Shown: positions 1 to 12,892, counted from the stretch's first letter. The stretch: 64,000 nt of DNA from Chrysomallon squamiferum (GCA_012295275.1 CM022665.1:29574001-29638000); one strand, 5' to 3'. Translations and numbers: made by a program. Notes: generated by a model not told the origin, from the sequence alone.

Positions 1-697
1 CAAAACAAATTTTATTATTTTATTTTTTATTAATTTAAAGTGTGTGTATGTGTGGTTTAAACTTTTTTTTTTTTTTCCACTAATTTTTGAATAAAAACAT
101 TTCTGGCCTGTATATTAACATACATTTTTAAATTCAATTTTTGTTTTGTTATTTTATTATTATTATTATTATTATTTTTTTTTTTTTTTTTTTTTAAATT
201 GTGATCTTGACAGTTATTAAATAGAAAATTACTATTCAAACATAATTTGCAGTTATGTGAAACGTCTTTTTTTAATTTAATATATTGCATATAAATAAAC
301 TCATATGAATCAAGTATTGAAGTATTAATCAACAAAATTTCAGTATTTAAATATACTTGTGTATGTATATGTATATATAAAAAAATATATATACCTATAT
401 GTGTAGGCATCAGTCCTATTACTGTTATGCCTACGTGATACTGATTACAGTGTATCACCATATATGATTATAAATCCCTTACTTTTACTGTTTATATCAC
501 ACACACACACACCCACACCCACACACATATATATTTAACGTTTTATTATTATAATATTTAACGTTTTATTATTATTATTCGAAATGTATTATGATTTAAA
601 ATTAAAACTAAATACACTAAAATATAACCGTCATAATATAATTCAATACTTTTGGCACGTAATTATACTTTCCATCATCATAAAGTTGTATACTCAC

Positions 698-774
698 CTG
701 AACATATCCCTGTGCTCCTCAAAATTTAATTTTTTGCTCTTTTTCTCACTTATCCAGTATCCTATACGCTTCAT
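698..774 (-). CDS. ITPK1: Inositol-tetrakisphosphate 1-kinase, first coding exon; the rest of the gene lies left of the window
   Basis: ATG at 774 reads MKRIGYWISEKKSKKLNFEEHRDMF(R) and ends at a strong phase-2 donor, AG|GTGAGT. This matches the recalled ITPK1 N-terminus KRVGYWLSEKKIKKLNF. The exon is too short to appear in the ORF track. Confidence 0.9.
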
Positions 775-3437
775 GATTGAACGTGTAGTCAGTGAATTGC
801 CTAACAGTAACTGTCAGTCGTCAAAACCGGTCTAAACAGATACATCCACATTATCATGTTTACTTTCTGCCTTTGGATTTGGCCGCACTAGAAAATCTAC
901 TTTCTAAACATAATCATTGATTAAATCATAAAGCGCCCCTTGCGGAAAACATAAAGTTTTTACTGATTATTTTCCCTTCATGTTGTTGTTGTTGTTGTTG
1001 TTGTTGTTATTAGTAGTATTATTCCTGTTGTTGTTATAATGATATATCGAATCATCTGATATAGTCTATATTGTTTTAAAATATATTTTAAATTTATATA
1101 GAACTTTTAAATCATTCACCAACGGTCATAGGTATGCTTTATGAATTGTTTTATGCTTTCGTTTATGGCGTGGTCATAGCTCACGTTGAATAATATTATT
1201 CATCTGTATATGAACGATATTAAATAAAACATTACATTGTATTGCTGTTTTATTTGTTTATATATTTATAGATTTTTAAAAAAAATATATAAATCATTTT
1301 CCATGTCAACTAATTCTGTCATATAGCAGTATATTAAATAAGTGCATTTTCTCTTTTTTATTCTTTTTATTAGAAACTGTAGAATAAAACTGATAATGAT
1401 ATCGCTTCTTACATACCTCTAATAAAATTAAACAATTTACATTATTATATAGGTTAACATTTCAGCGCGCGCGCGCTCATATAGAATATTAAAATGGAAT
1501 TTCAATTTGATTGAACATATTCATTCAGCTGTTATAACCAATTATGCTTTCGTATCTTCTTTAAACAAAATGGAAAAGGGATTGTTGCAATAACTCTGTT
1601 ACAAAATGTGTTACTTTCATATGATAAGAACGATTAATATATCAGGCACAGTTTCTAGCTAGCTTAAAATGAAATATATTTTTTGCATATCATCCTTTAT
1701 AAGTGTTGCATCGAAAATTATATGTAGTTGTCTAGATGCTAGTATATATGTAATAAGAAAATATATACATTTAAATGTTAAGTAAATAAAAATACTAAAT
1801 TATTATGCTTTATCAACTTCACTAATTATTTATGTTATTCAATTTTAAATACTATCAATTTTATAATATTAATTATTTATTTATTTATATTTTGTTTTGT
1901 TTTACATTCTTATCTTTTTGTTACAGCAGCAAAGGAGCAAATAGACTGTTCTACCTTCTGCTTACTGAAATAGTTACATATCGGTAGCATGAAATGGAAA
2001 TGAAAAAAAGTATTCGTTGGGAAACAGTCAATGATAAGTAAAATGGTTGCCCGCATTTAAAGTAGACGAGTTTCGAAAACTGTTAATTCGATGAATGTCT
2101 GGTACATTCACATCGCAGAACATATATATAAGTTAATATGTAGTTTATTTTCATGATGTAGCTTCCACTGCAACAACATCTTGTCATGTTATTGATATAG
2201 TCCTATAATTAGTATCAGTAAATCGTAACTCACTACTCAGTGTAAGATAATTTTGCCAGCATTTATTTTATATTACACTTTTATTTATGTTCTTTCTCAT
2301 GTTAATATTAATACTATGTCACCCAAGATGTGCATGAGAAGCTATTAACTATTTAAACGTGAAATTAGAAACGATACTGTCATTTGAAAGTCATGACCAT
2401 ATTTAATTTTACTTACGTTATTTAAAATATTTACATACTTAATAGGTATGTGATTTTTTTTCTCAACAATATCATTTTCCTATAAAATTATATATCACCA
2501 AAAAGTGAGAAAAAAACCCCACTGAATATCTAACATAGTTTCAAACCAACATACGTGTATTATATATCAAGATGAATTTTTTTGTCAGCTCTAGAGCTAA
2601 TATTCATAAATTTTAATTAATTAATTATTTACAGTGATTAGCTCAAATGTACCTTTTGTTTATATATGTCTCAAAAAATCAATAGAAATTAAGCAAGTAT
2701 ACCAGGTAATAATAAAATTAATTTGCATTAATATGCCTTCATTTATACACATCTCCAAAATTGCTGAAAATTTTCTTCATAATAAAACTGCACTAAACTG
2801 GACTGTTATGCCATATAAACTGCACATTGTATGTGATTTAAAGTCCCAGATAGGTTTACCTTATTTACATGACAATCAGTTTGAAACGGTAAATGTATCT
2901 GTTGATTCTCCATGGTTTCTCAAAGATCATATGTTGAGAAATGAATACAAAGATGAATCTGTACATATGTAATACATCATTTCAAAAGTCAGGTGACCTC
3001 TTGCTGCAGTGCAGAGACAGCTTTTGTAACTTGCCTATATATACACAATCATTTCTTTCTAATTGTAAATGCATATAGTCATACTCCAGACATGAGTTAA
3101 TCTGCATTTTCTATCAAGATGCAGAAACTGAATGATTAAAATTTAAGGCCAACACAAAATCAGCCAGTAGTGTGTTAGACTTGCTCTTCTAGTAAAATTT
3201 TCAAAATTCTAAATGGTCTTTATTTTAGTGATATATGCTACAAAACTTTCATACCACAGGCCTAATGTTACTTCATGACCAGAACTGTTCACACTAGTCT
3301 ATTAATATCTTTTAAGTCTGTTGTTATAATTCATTTTTAATTATTATTATTATTATTATTATTTATGTTTTGGATAAAAAAAATTACTTTTTTTCTTTAC
3401 TTTTTCAGGTTTGTTCTTTTGATGCAGGTGGAAGATA

Positions 3438-3857
3438 ATGAAATTTCGGCAGCGAATAGCTTGGCTTATAATAATTATTTATTTGAGTGGAACATTTGCA
3501 TTCCTCTATTATGTCTTTGAAATTAATGAACATTTTAATAGGTTTGCACTGGAGCACAATAACAATTATCACCTTAACAATGGTGGTCAAAGACTTTCTC
3601 TGATGACATCCTTCTGGCATCATTTAGCAGATGTCCCTCTTCAGATTTGGATCTTAATACTTCTGTTACCATATCTTCAAATATTTGCTTTCATACTGGC
3701 ATGGACTCGTACTGAACCAAAACTGAGTATAGCTTATGTTTGGCCAGCAGTTGTTTATTGCCATTTGCAAAAAGTGTATAAGAAGCTGAAAAGATTTTCA
3801 CACAAATCACTGAAATCTTCCAGTATAGGAAATGGTTATGTTGTAATAGACACGTAA
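3438..3857 (+). CDS. LYSET: Lysosomal enzyme trafficking factor (LYSET/TMEM251), 139 aa, single coding exon
   Basis: MKFRQRIAW...FLYYVFEINEHFNRFALEH...LPYLQIF...TRTEPK...VIDT* matches the recalled human motifs MNFRQRMGW / FYYVFEINETYNRLALEH / VPYLQMF / TRADPK / LIDT*. Two hydrophobic segments. Polypyrimidine tract with an acceptor AG at 3407-3408. Confidence 0.93.
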   Translation: MKFRQRIAWLIIIIYLSGTFAFLYYVFEINEHFNRFALEHNNNYHLNNGGQRLSLMTSFWHHLADVPLQIWILILLLPYLQIFAFILAWTRTEPKLSIAYVWPAVVYCHLQKVYKKLKRFSHKSLKSSSIGNGYVVIDT

Positions 3858-4770
3858 CATTATTTGAATAATTTTATATATATAATAATATACATATATA
3901 TATAAAAACAGATATTTATTATAGATGAAATGGAATCAAATGGAATTTTGTTGCACATCATACAAATTTTTAATATGTTGAACAAACTAAATCATGTACA
4001 CATTTTAATTTTAGAAATGAAAATGTACTTTATAAAATGATTTTATATTGGAACAAAGTTTCAGATTGTTTATTAGATTAGAAAAGTTATAAATTATTTT
4101 TACTGGGAAATTATTTATTGTAACCTTTTCCTTTTTTCTTTTATGTATCTGAATGTTATACGTAAAATTAATATTCATTTCATGTATTTCATATATTGCT
4201 GAATTTTGAAAGGAAACTTATTTTTTTATTGTTGGAAAGATTTAATATAAACACTATAAACCTGTGTATTCTTAGTTATTTTTAAACATTTATATAATTT
4301 TTGAATGTAATTATTTTAAAGTTTTGTTAATGTGTTATAAATGGCATTACTTTAAAATAAAAATAAAAATTATATATAAAACAAAATGCACAGTTTAGTT
4401 GTGCATTAAATTTCATATTGAAACTTGTAGTTTCTAGTGATATATCTGGGTATGTAACTGTATTTAAAATATAGTTGTATCATTGAATTCATACCTTGAT
4501 AGTTTATCTGAAGTACAGATTTCTTAATGCAATAATTTTACTGTTGTCTTCCACACTGTGTGTGCGTGTATATACATGTCATATGCAGTTAACTCTGTCA
4601 CTAAGGCCATAATAGCTAGTATCTTATTTATTGTAATGTTTTTAGTATGACAAGAAATAAAAAATAGTAAAATTATGTAATTACTACTGGTGTGTGTGTG
4701 TGTGTGTTCAGCTATACAGAAATGTGGTTTCTCAAATATATATTAATTTAAAATAATTTGTTTCCAAAAC

Positions 4771-4875
4771 CATGGGCTGTTACTGATTAGCAGCAAGGAA
4801 TTATTTATATCTACATCCCCTTAGAAAGCAGTCATGGTATTTTAATAAACTTATGACTGTACGGTACTAACTACA
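4771..4875 (-). mobile_element. Degenerate SINE fragment (mollusc-type conserved central domain)
   Basis: catgggct...gattagcagcaaggaattatttata is the reverse-complement match of the copy at ~27499-27545 (aaataaaagatcccttgctgctaac...gtagcccat). The motif is recalled from an abundant molluscan tRNA-SINE family. Confidence 0.55.
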
Positions 4876-5376
4876 AAGGAATAACCTGTTGGTATGATTT
4901 TTCAATTAGAAAACAGATTTACACATAAAAATATCTTTACTTTAAAAAACAAAAAAACAAAAACAAATCTGTACCTGTGAGAACCACTTGTTAAAAACGT
5001 ATTTCAGTCTGTTAAGATGTGAATTAAAGAAATACTGCTCAGCTGTTTAAAGTTGAGAATCAAGGACTTGTCAGCCACAGTTAAATAAATGTATTTAATT
5101 GTGTAATAATGATTATTAAATTAATATAATCTGATGTTTTTGTGGGGTTTTATTATTTTTTTTACGTGCTTAGTATTTGATAAATAAAAAATATGAGAGC
5201 ACAGAAACTTAATAAATTATGAAGAAACCCTAAAAGGTTTACTATTATTTATTAAACGTTTTTACAGATATAAATGAAAGATGTGTATCAATTACAAGTT
5301 CACTCTATTACATTGTATTAAACTACAATTGAATGTGCCTCTTTTATTTTTCTATTACTTTTTAAATGTATGGGGT

Positions 5377-5379
<3 letters not shown>

Positions 5380-5467
<88 letters not shown>
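5380..5467. repeat. (CT)n microsatellite, ~44 units
   Basis: Perfect dinucleotide run visible in the sequence. Confidence 0.98.
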
Positions 5468-5468
<1 letters not shown>

Positions 5469-6016
5469 ATACCTTACATTGTAAGTTATATTATTTTAGA
5501 CATACATACATACATAGATAGACAGACAAATGTAATTAAATAGCAAAAACAGAACTGCTATAAAGAACAGTATAAATTTTTATTGAATGCCATAACAATA
5601 CAGTAATATTGGCAAAAACATTAAGTTAATGTCATATAGCATGTGTATCTTTAAATTATTAAATAACATTAAGTAAGAAATTTAATGGTTTATAACTAAA
5701 AAGAAATGGTGAAAATAAGAAATATATTAGTAAATTTAGTTTTATACAGATCAAGTGATAGAGAGATTGATTTAATATTTTATATAATTAATTAGAAAAA
5801 AAAGGTACAGCTATAACAACGTACTCATAAAATATTTTAAACAGTATAATTAAATTAAATTTTATTTTCATTTTTAATTTTCTTATGTCCACCCCATGCA
5901 AAATAAATAAAAACGTTACAAAATGACAACTTGCCTAAAAACTAATTTTGTTTCCATCAGCTGTTATGTCTCCACATCTCAATGTGTTAAATAAATTCAC
6001 AACTTACTGAAATCTA

Positions 6017-6063
<47 letters not shown>

Positions 6064-6353
6064 GTGTGGTTGTAGAAGTAGGAATAGTACAGTAGTTTTA
6101 AAAATATTTTTCTTTCTACTATTATTTATTTTTTATTTTTTATTATTTTTATTTAATTAATTAATTAACTTTATTAAAAATAATTTTGTTTTCAAATACT
6201 GAAATATCATTTGTGAATGTTTCATAATTAACGTATAAATCACAAAATATAATTTTAATACAGGCTATTATTTCCATCCGAAAGCTAATGTTATAACTGT
6301 ATTCCTTCTTAAATTTTGTTTTCCTCTGCAATATTTTAAAACGTTAACACCAA

Positions 6354-7496
6354 TTAACCCCAGTTCCATACAATGAGTACTATGGGGATTATGGCGGAAA
6401 TGATCAAAGTTATAAGAATGCCGATCTCGATTCGTCTCTCTTTTGTCTTCTGTTCTTCTTGTTTTTCTTCCAAGTTCTTTATCATTTCCATACAATCTTC
6501 GTACATGAACATCAACATTTTCCAGCGTTCCTTTAGCGTTTCCACTGCATTCACAACAGTTTTCTGAGTCATAACCCGTTCGACAATTTTTTCGTATTCT
6601 TCCTTTTTTTGACCGTATGTTTTAGGCTTACCGTCATCTCTAGAAATGCGTCTCTGAAATTAGATAAGAAAGCAGCTTACCATTTTGTTAATAAAATTAA
6701 TGACCGTTATATGAATAATAACTAGGTGAAATAATTTGGAAAAGATCTCGAACATCACAAAAATGAAATTTTGTGACCTTTCTATATTATTATTATTATT
6801 ATTATTATTATTAAAAATATGCGATAAAACTCAAAAGCTTTATGAAACATTATTTGCTGATATAGTTTTATTTGGTTTTCAAATATAGCACATTCTGAAT
6901 CAGGCAAAGCGCAACGATCCATTTCTAATAGGCAATACTGTATCATTGATCGTTAAACCTTAAATGAGTAAAATTATATTTCTTTTATTCGTTTTTGCAC
7001 AAGATCTTATCCCAGCAAAAATGTTAAGAATAAAAATATCATATATTTAATACTTTGTCATACAATGTCCCCACCAAATATGGTTCTGTGAATTATAACT
7101 GTCATTTTGAATACTGAGGACAATTGTTTCAATTTATAAAGATCAAGAAAATGTATCACATCATTAAAAGAAAATTTTACCACCAATGTTAGTATGGACA
7201 AATATTTTACGGTGAAAAAATAAATAAATAAATAATAATAATTTTTTTTTTTAAAACCCACTTATTATTTCACGTAGCTTGTCTTTGTACACTTAATAAT
7301 AATGACTTATTATCATTATGCATCATCAGCAACACTGTGGAAAATGTAGAAAAAGATTTTAAAAAATCTTCTTAATCAATAGTGAATTATGAGAAAATTG
7401 TGTTTAACGAAGCCGATGATTTGCGGGCTAACAAAATTTAAAATGAATAATAATTATTACCGTTGGCACCATCACCGTTACTAAACTGTCAGTCAT
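6354..7496 (-). CDS. Putative 2-exon orphan gene (7461-7496 + 6354-6653), 111 aa, coiled-coil tail-anchored membrane protein
   Basis: aaaATG at 7496 gives MTDSLVTVMVPT|gtaata. The acceptor atttcag| at 6654 joins in phase 0 to RRISRDDGKPKTYGQKKEEYEKIVERVMTQKTVVNAVETLKERWK...KNLEEKQEEQKTKERR-IEIGILITLIISAIIPIVLIVW-NWG*. Charged helical body, one C-terminal TM segment, no signal peptide. Confidence 0.6.
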
Positions 7497-7606
7497 TTTA
7501 AATATGCACATGTGACGTAATTACTGGATCATAACCGAAAACGAACGAAGTGTGGGAGCGGAGGGTGCATTCATTAAACAAAACCCGAAACAAATAAACA
7601 GAAAAA

Positions 7607-7614
<8 letters not shown>

Positions 7615-7681
<67 letters not shown>
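7615..7681. repeat. (TA)n microsatellite, ~33 units
   Basis: Perfect dinucleotide run; it is the source of the YIYI... spurious ORFs. Confidence 0.98.
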
Positions 7682-7684
<3 letters not shown>

Positions 7685-10270
7685 GGAAATCGGAAAAGTG
7701 GCCGCACATCGTAGGAGGCCGCCAAAGACAGGTACCAAGTGTAAATATATACGTATTTTCAAAACAAAATATATCATGACGTTGTATGCATATTCAGCTT
7801 CATCTTTGTATTCGTTTCTTGACGTGATCTTTGATAAACAACGGGGAACAGACAAATTTACCATTTCAAGATGATCATCGTGTGACTAAGATAAGCTTAT
7901 TCGGGACTTTAAATTATATACAAGTTACATAGTGTGCCAAATTCCATACAGATATTTAGGGTAGGAGGTACTTAATTTTGGATACCAGACTATGTGGCGT
8001 TCTCAGCGAATGACGCGGCCATAGCGATTACGACTGTTCGATGGTTCGTTTATTTTGACTGATTTAGCAGATATGTGGATTAATATTCCAGTTTAATATA
8101 GTATTTTCTTTCTGGTAAAGATCTTGATTATGAAGAAAGTTCTTAGCAAGTTAAATTTTTATGAATTTTATTTTTTATTTTTTTATTTTTTTATATCTAA
8201 ATAATAAATAAGGCAAATTAATGCCAATTAATATTATTGATTAATAGCTAATATATAGTCTTATAAAATGATATTTTTGTATACTGGTTTAATTTCTACA
8301 GAGATTCTGGGAAATTCCTAAAATAGGCGAAAGGTACATTTGAGCTAATTAGTGCTACTAATTAATTAATAAAAATTCAGGAATGTTAACATCATGCTTC
8401 AAAATACTGCATAGGTCTAGAACTAATCTAAAGCTTAATTTTGATAGATAATACATGTATACTGGTTTCAATCTACATGAGATATTCAATGTTTATGTTG
8501 CAAAATGAAGGAAATCAATCACAGTTTCTCCATAGATTCTGATTGTATTCTGATAAAAATTCGTAACTTTTTTCATATCAGTGCTATCAAAAAATACCTT
8601 GGTGTCATTTTAATCTTTTTTTTTTTTTTTTTTTTTCTTTCTGAAAAGAATGCAACAAAATGGACTCAAGTTTGTTTTTGCAGAAGAACTGCAGTCTTCA
8701 CAGTCGAATTAAGTGTTCTTCATCTGCGGCATTGCTGGGTTCTGGTGCTTGCACTTGGGTCATCATCTATCCTCTCTTCTTAAATTCTGTGTCGACTGCA
8801 GTGAGAAGATGATCTACTGCAGCCATACATTGCCAGTTTCCTGAGTGAATCAGACATTATACACGTTTTCCCAAATTGTCAGTAATTATACATAGTTACC
8901 AATAATACATATTTCCTGTGACATAAACACAGATACGTAGAAATTTACATAAATACATAATATACGTACGTACATAAACACACACACACACACATACATA
9001 CATACGCATGCGTGCATAAACAATACTATTTGTATAAATGAAAACTGAAGATTCTTTGGAGTAGTAATTGACGTAACGATATTAGTAATACAAGTACTGT
9101 ACTTCCCGAGCCGTAATCCAGGATGTCTCGATTTTAATTAATCTTAATTTTTGCGAACAACTATTATTGTTGTTATTTTCTTCACTCGGTAAATGATTCT
9201 CAATGAAAAAAAAAAATGATTACAAATATAATTTACAACTAATAGGTATGCTGTAAGAAATTAATTTAATTTCAAAATTAGATGAACACGCATAATATAT
9301 ATTATTGCTTGATTATGTTAGACTGCAAATCTCAGCTGATGTAAAATTCTGTTGATTTAAAAAAAAAAAAAAAATATATGTTAAATGTAAACATTGTTTA
9401 TGTGTGTGTGCTTGTCTGCTTAAATCAAATAATAATACTAGTGTTTTAACATATATGCTTATAACATGATTATTGTTGAAGACGTATATCTTATATAGAT
9501 AAACTTCTACTACTCCTATTACCAGTACTACTATTATAACTACAATTACAACTACTACTACATCAACAACAACAACAACAACTACTACTACTACTAATTA
9601 CTTTGATTCTGAAATGGCTATTTTACATATACCGTTAGATGAAATCCAATTAGGTCAATCTCTATAGGCCTACTAGCAGAAAGGTAACGTAATTAGAGAT
9701 TTATCTTAATATAAAGGTAAATAATGATCAGAGTAGCCTGTCTGTGTTTCATTAAAACAATGTCGGTTTTCACTTACTCTAATACTTCTTCTTCGTATAA
9801 TACCGGATCCGGGAGTATTTGGCAGTTCTTCAGTTAGGGAAGAAGTTCTCGAAGAACTTAACGTATTGCCATCTCTGCTGCATTCGCTTGAAGAAGACAA
9901 AGTTTCCTTATGCTCAGTCATTTTGCTGACGATTTCAGAATTGTTGGAAGAGCTAATTAATGTAGTATTAGTGGAAAGTCAGCCTCCATTGTCGTCTTCT
10001 TAACACACTGAGACAGGTTGAAAGAGGAACTTCGCGTCCCACAAAGAGTTAGCGTTAATCGGCACACCGAAATTTGATACACTAAGAGCAGCGAGTCGGT
10101 GCTGCTCCGTACGCGAGTACAGCCAGTCTGTTACTGCTGGAACCAAAACTCAGAAAGAAAACATTATTTTTTACTTTTTTTTAAGATGATCTGTTTCGTT
10201 TTCAAATGACCAGTTTCAGAAATATATATGTTAGGAAACATACTTAAATACATTCGTACACGCATAAAAA

Positions 10271-10440
10271 GTTGTCTTGGTGGTTGAGTGCAATCGTCAT
10301 CCGCCTCCGGAGTACGGGCGACAGGGTACCATATGTTCGAGTCTCGTCAGCCGCATCTGATATATGTTTATACTTACTACGAACCTACCTGCACAGTTAC
10401 TAATGTGAATCCATAAACGAAAACGCACACTACATGATTA
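10271..10440 (+). mobile_element. tRNA-derived SINE-like head with Pol III A/B boxes; right boundary approximate
   Basis: A-box-like TGGTTGAGTG at 10281-10290 and B-box GTTCGAGTC at 10335-10343 within a GC-rich patch. No complete cloverleaf or acceptor stem. Confidence 0.5.
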
Positions 10441-10730
10441 CCGTTTAGTAAGTTACATTTTAAGGTGCGTGTGCGCACGTGTGTTTCTCTGCAGTATTTA
10501 GTTTTTGTTTTTTATCTATTCATTCTAAGAAAATAAAACACGTAATTCACTGAATATATCTTTTATTTAACAAAACTATAAAAGAATGTAATGAAAACAT
10601 AAAGAATTGCGAAAAAAGGAAAAAAATGATGTGATGTGAGAGAGAGAGAGAGAAATCGAAAAGATAAGTATATATATATTTTTTACATTTATAACCGTTT
10701 ACCATTCACTGTTTATTCATATATATATGA

Positions 10731-10771
<41 letters not shown>

Positions 10772-10825
10772 ATGGTTTAGTTTTAAAACCCAGTGAAATC
10801 CTTCAGTAACTTTAGCTTCATGCAT

Positions 10826-12787
10826 TTATTTCCTTAGAACGCTAATTTCATACACATTAATTATTCCCATACTATTGACCAAGTACATTAAACCTTTATT
10901 ATCAAATACAAGATCTATAGGGTCCTCTAAACCATGCTGTTCTGTCATATATTCGCACAACCGCCTGCCAAAAGTGTCAAACACAGATACCGATTCACAA
11001 TAACAATTAACGGCGTAAAGAAGTTCATTTCTGTCTTCATGTGCTGCATTTGCCTTGTACGTTGGGGAAACACTGCATGTCGTTACTATATCTCCCTTAA
11101 GTGTGCGAACCTTCACAGAATTATCTCCCCATTCACAGGTAATAAGATTTCCATTGTGATCAATGCTGATATTTGCTAAAGGAGAGTGTAAACCTACAAC
11201 GAATCGTTTTAACAGCTTTCCATCCTTTGAGAACACTCGGAAATTATTATTAGGCAAATTTCCCAAAATAAAACCTTCATTTCTGTAATTAGCAAGAGCA
11301 AATGTGAAACGAACTCCAGACCATTCTTTTGGTGTTGAAGTGAATGGCAACTTTTGTATTCTTTTGCCATTTTCATTGAAGAAAAACAAAAAGTTTTTGT
11401 GAACAACAGCAGTGACATCTTCACAAACAGCTACAGCAAAAGGTGAAAAATCTTCATCAACTTCAAGACATTTCTGTAGAACACCCTGTGTTGTGATACA
11501 TTTAACTTTCTTGTTTGCATTGTCAGCAACGAAGATAATGTTTTTTCTGATGGCAATGCCTTTCACATCTGGTAATTTCTTATCAGTTTCACACTCAATA
11601 TCAAAAACACGTAACAGTTTGAAGACAACCTTTTTAATGTCTTTTGTCTGATCCTGCAAAGCTGGAGATGCTGCTTTTGAAGAATCAGATCCACTAAACA
11701 GTGTATCTATTTGTTGCATTGTGTTCTGGAAATCATTTACAAACGCTGCCTCCTCTTCAGTATCTCCTTTATTTGATGGTATTTCAACAGAAGGTACATT
11801 TTCTAGTTGTTGGAGTCGTTTGGAAATTGTTTCTTCTAGGTAAAGCATCTCTTCATTTTTACCTTGATTTATCATTGTTTCGCAAAATTCCAAGCAATCG
11901 TTTGCTAAAGTTATTTTCTTTTCCGTATTTTCTAATAGTGACTGGCTTTGTTCCAGCTTTTTTCCCATCTTCTTCTGGAGTTCAAGAATTGACTGCTTTC
12001 TGCGAGTTTCTATTTTAGCAATAACTCCATCCACTATTTTCCCTATATTTCTGATTTTTTCAGACTGAATTGTTTTTAGATTTTCAAGTTTTTCACAAGC
12101 TTTCTTTTTTTCTGTTTTAAGCAATTCAAGTTTCTCTTTTACCTTAACCACGTGGTTGACAAGTTTATTTTTCTGAGCTGTGACTGCCTCTGTGGCTGTT
12201 ATACATTTGTGATCGTGATGAGAAACAAGAACACAAGCTAAACACATAGGTGTTTGGCATGTCTCACAAAAATATTCTATTTCCTTTTCATGATGTTGTG
12301 AGCAAGTTAACCTGTTGAGGTTTCTCAGTTCTTTGTCATAACTCCCTTTTCTGATGTCCTCCAGGAGAACCTTTTTATGGTTCCAAGTTCTGGACGAAGC
12401 ATTATGTCCATCAGAACAACTTGAACACAGGTAATCTCCACAATCTAGACAACGACTTTTTGCAGGTAAATCTTTACCCCTTAAACTGCACGTTGTGCAC
12501 TTTACATCACTGACATTCTTAACTTTCACAACATCTACAAGACCATTGATTAGGAAATTTGTTTTAAGATCCGAAACTACTCCATGTGGCAGAGTCACTC
12601 TTTCTCTGCATTCAGGACACGTAATAGAACCAGATCTATCAGAATTCTCTAACAGCTTCTCTATGCAAGAGGAACAGTATGTATGGACACATGGAAGTAT
12701 CTTTGGTTTGTCGTAGGTATTGAAACAAATTTTACATGTGAGAAAATCTTCACAAATTGTATTTGTTAGATCTTGCCCAGAAGCCAT
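10826..12787 (-). CDS. TRIM-NHL E3 ubiquitin ligase, copy A (TRIM56/TRIM2/3/71-like architecture), 653 aa, single coding exon
   Basis: C3HC4 RING (CKIC...PCVHTYCSSC...CPEC), B-box1 (CTTC...CLDCGDYLCSSC..GH...NH), B-box2 (CSQH...FCETC...CLAC...HHDH), coiled coil, NHL beta-propeller (IFVADNANKKVK, PFAVAV, PIDLVFD). Acceptor ttttag|aggacatATG. Confidence 0.93.
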   Translation of the reverse strand: MASGQDLTNTICEDFLTCKICFNTYDKPKILPCVHTYCSSCIEKLLENSDRSGSITCPECRERVTLPHGVVSDLKTNFLINGLVDVVKVKNVSDVKCTTCSLRGKDLPAKSRCLDCGDYLCSSCSDGHNASSRTWNHKKVLLEDIRKGSYDKELRNLNRLTCSQHHEKEIEYFCETCQTPMCLACVLVSHHDHKCITATEAVTAQKNKLVNHVVKVKEKLELLKTEKKKACEKLENLKTIQSEKIRNIGKIVDGVIAKIETRRKQSILELQKKMGKKLEQSQSLLENTEKKITLANDCLEFCETMINQGKNEEMLYLEETISKRLQQLENVPSVEIPSNKGDTEEEAAFVNDFQNTMQQIDTLFSGSDSSKAASPALQDQTKDIKKVVFKLLRVFDIECETDKKLPDVKGIAIRKNIIFVADNANKKVKCITTQGVLQKCLEVDEDFSPFAVAVCEDVTAVVHKNFLFFFNENGKRIQKLPFTSTPKEWSGVRFTFALANYRNEGFILGNLPNNNFRVFSKDGKLLKRFVVGLHSPLANISIDHNGNLITCEWGDNSVKVRTLKGDIVTTCSVSPTYKANAAHEDRNELLYAVNCYCESVSVFDTFGRRLCEYMTEQHGLEDPIDLVFDNKGLMYLVNSMGIINVYEISVLRK

Positions 12788-12892
12788 ATGTCCTCTAAAA
12801 GAAAAACAAATCAGTTAAAACGTATTACCGGAAGTCCAATTTATAACTGCTGTAATAATCGACACGATGGATAATACCATAATAAACCTTTA
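11102..12892 (-). repeat. Left arm of a ~1.79 kb near-identical inverted repeat (partner 25315-27105)
   Basis: The reverse complement aligns with 25315-27105 and covers ~100 bp of upstream sequence plus codons 1-562. About 22 amino-acid differences by manual count. Confidence 0.95.

Noticed and set aside
57-461. 134-aa ORF and similar low-complexity ORFs (5281, 7498-7864, 32559-32980, 43708-44066, 57904-58131)
   Set aside because: These are translations of poly-A/T runs and microsatellites, or intron read-through around real exons.
10271-10360. Functional tRNA gene
   Set aside because: A/B boxes are present, but no acceptor stem or anticodon arm can be folded. A SINE head fits better.
10934-12716. 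Short ORFs antisense to or overlapping the TRIM genes (also 19561-22297 and 25491-26903)
   Set aside because: Shadow frames of real coding sequence. They recur only because of the inverted duplication.
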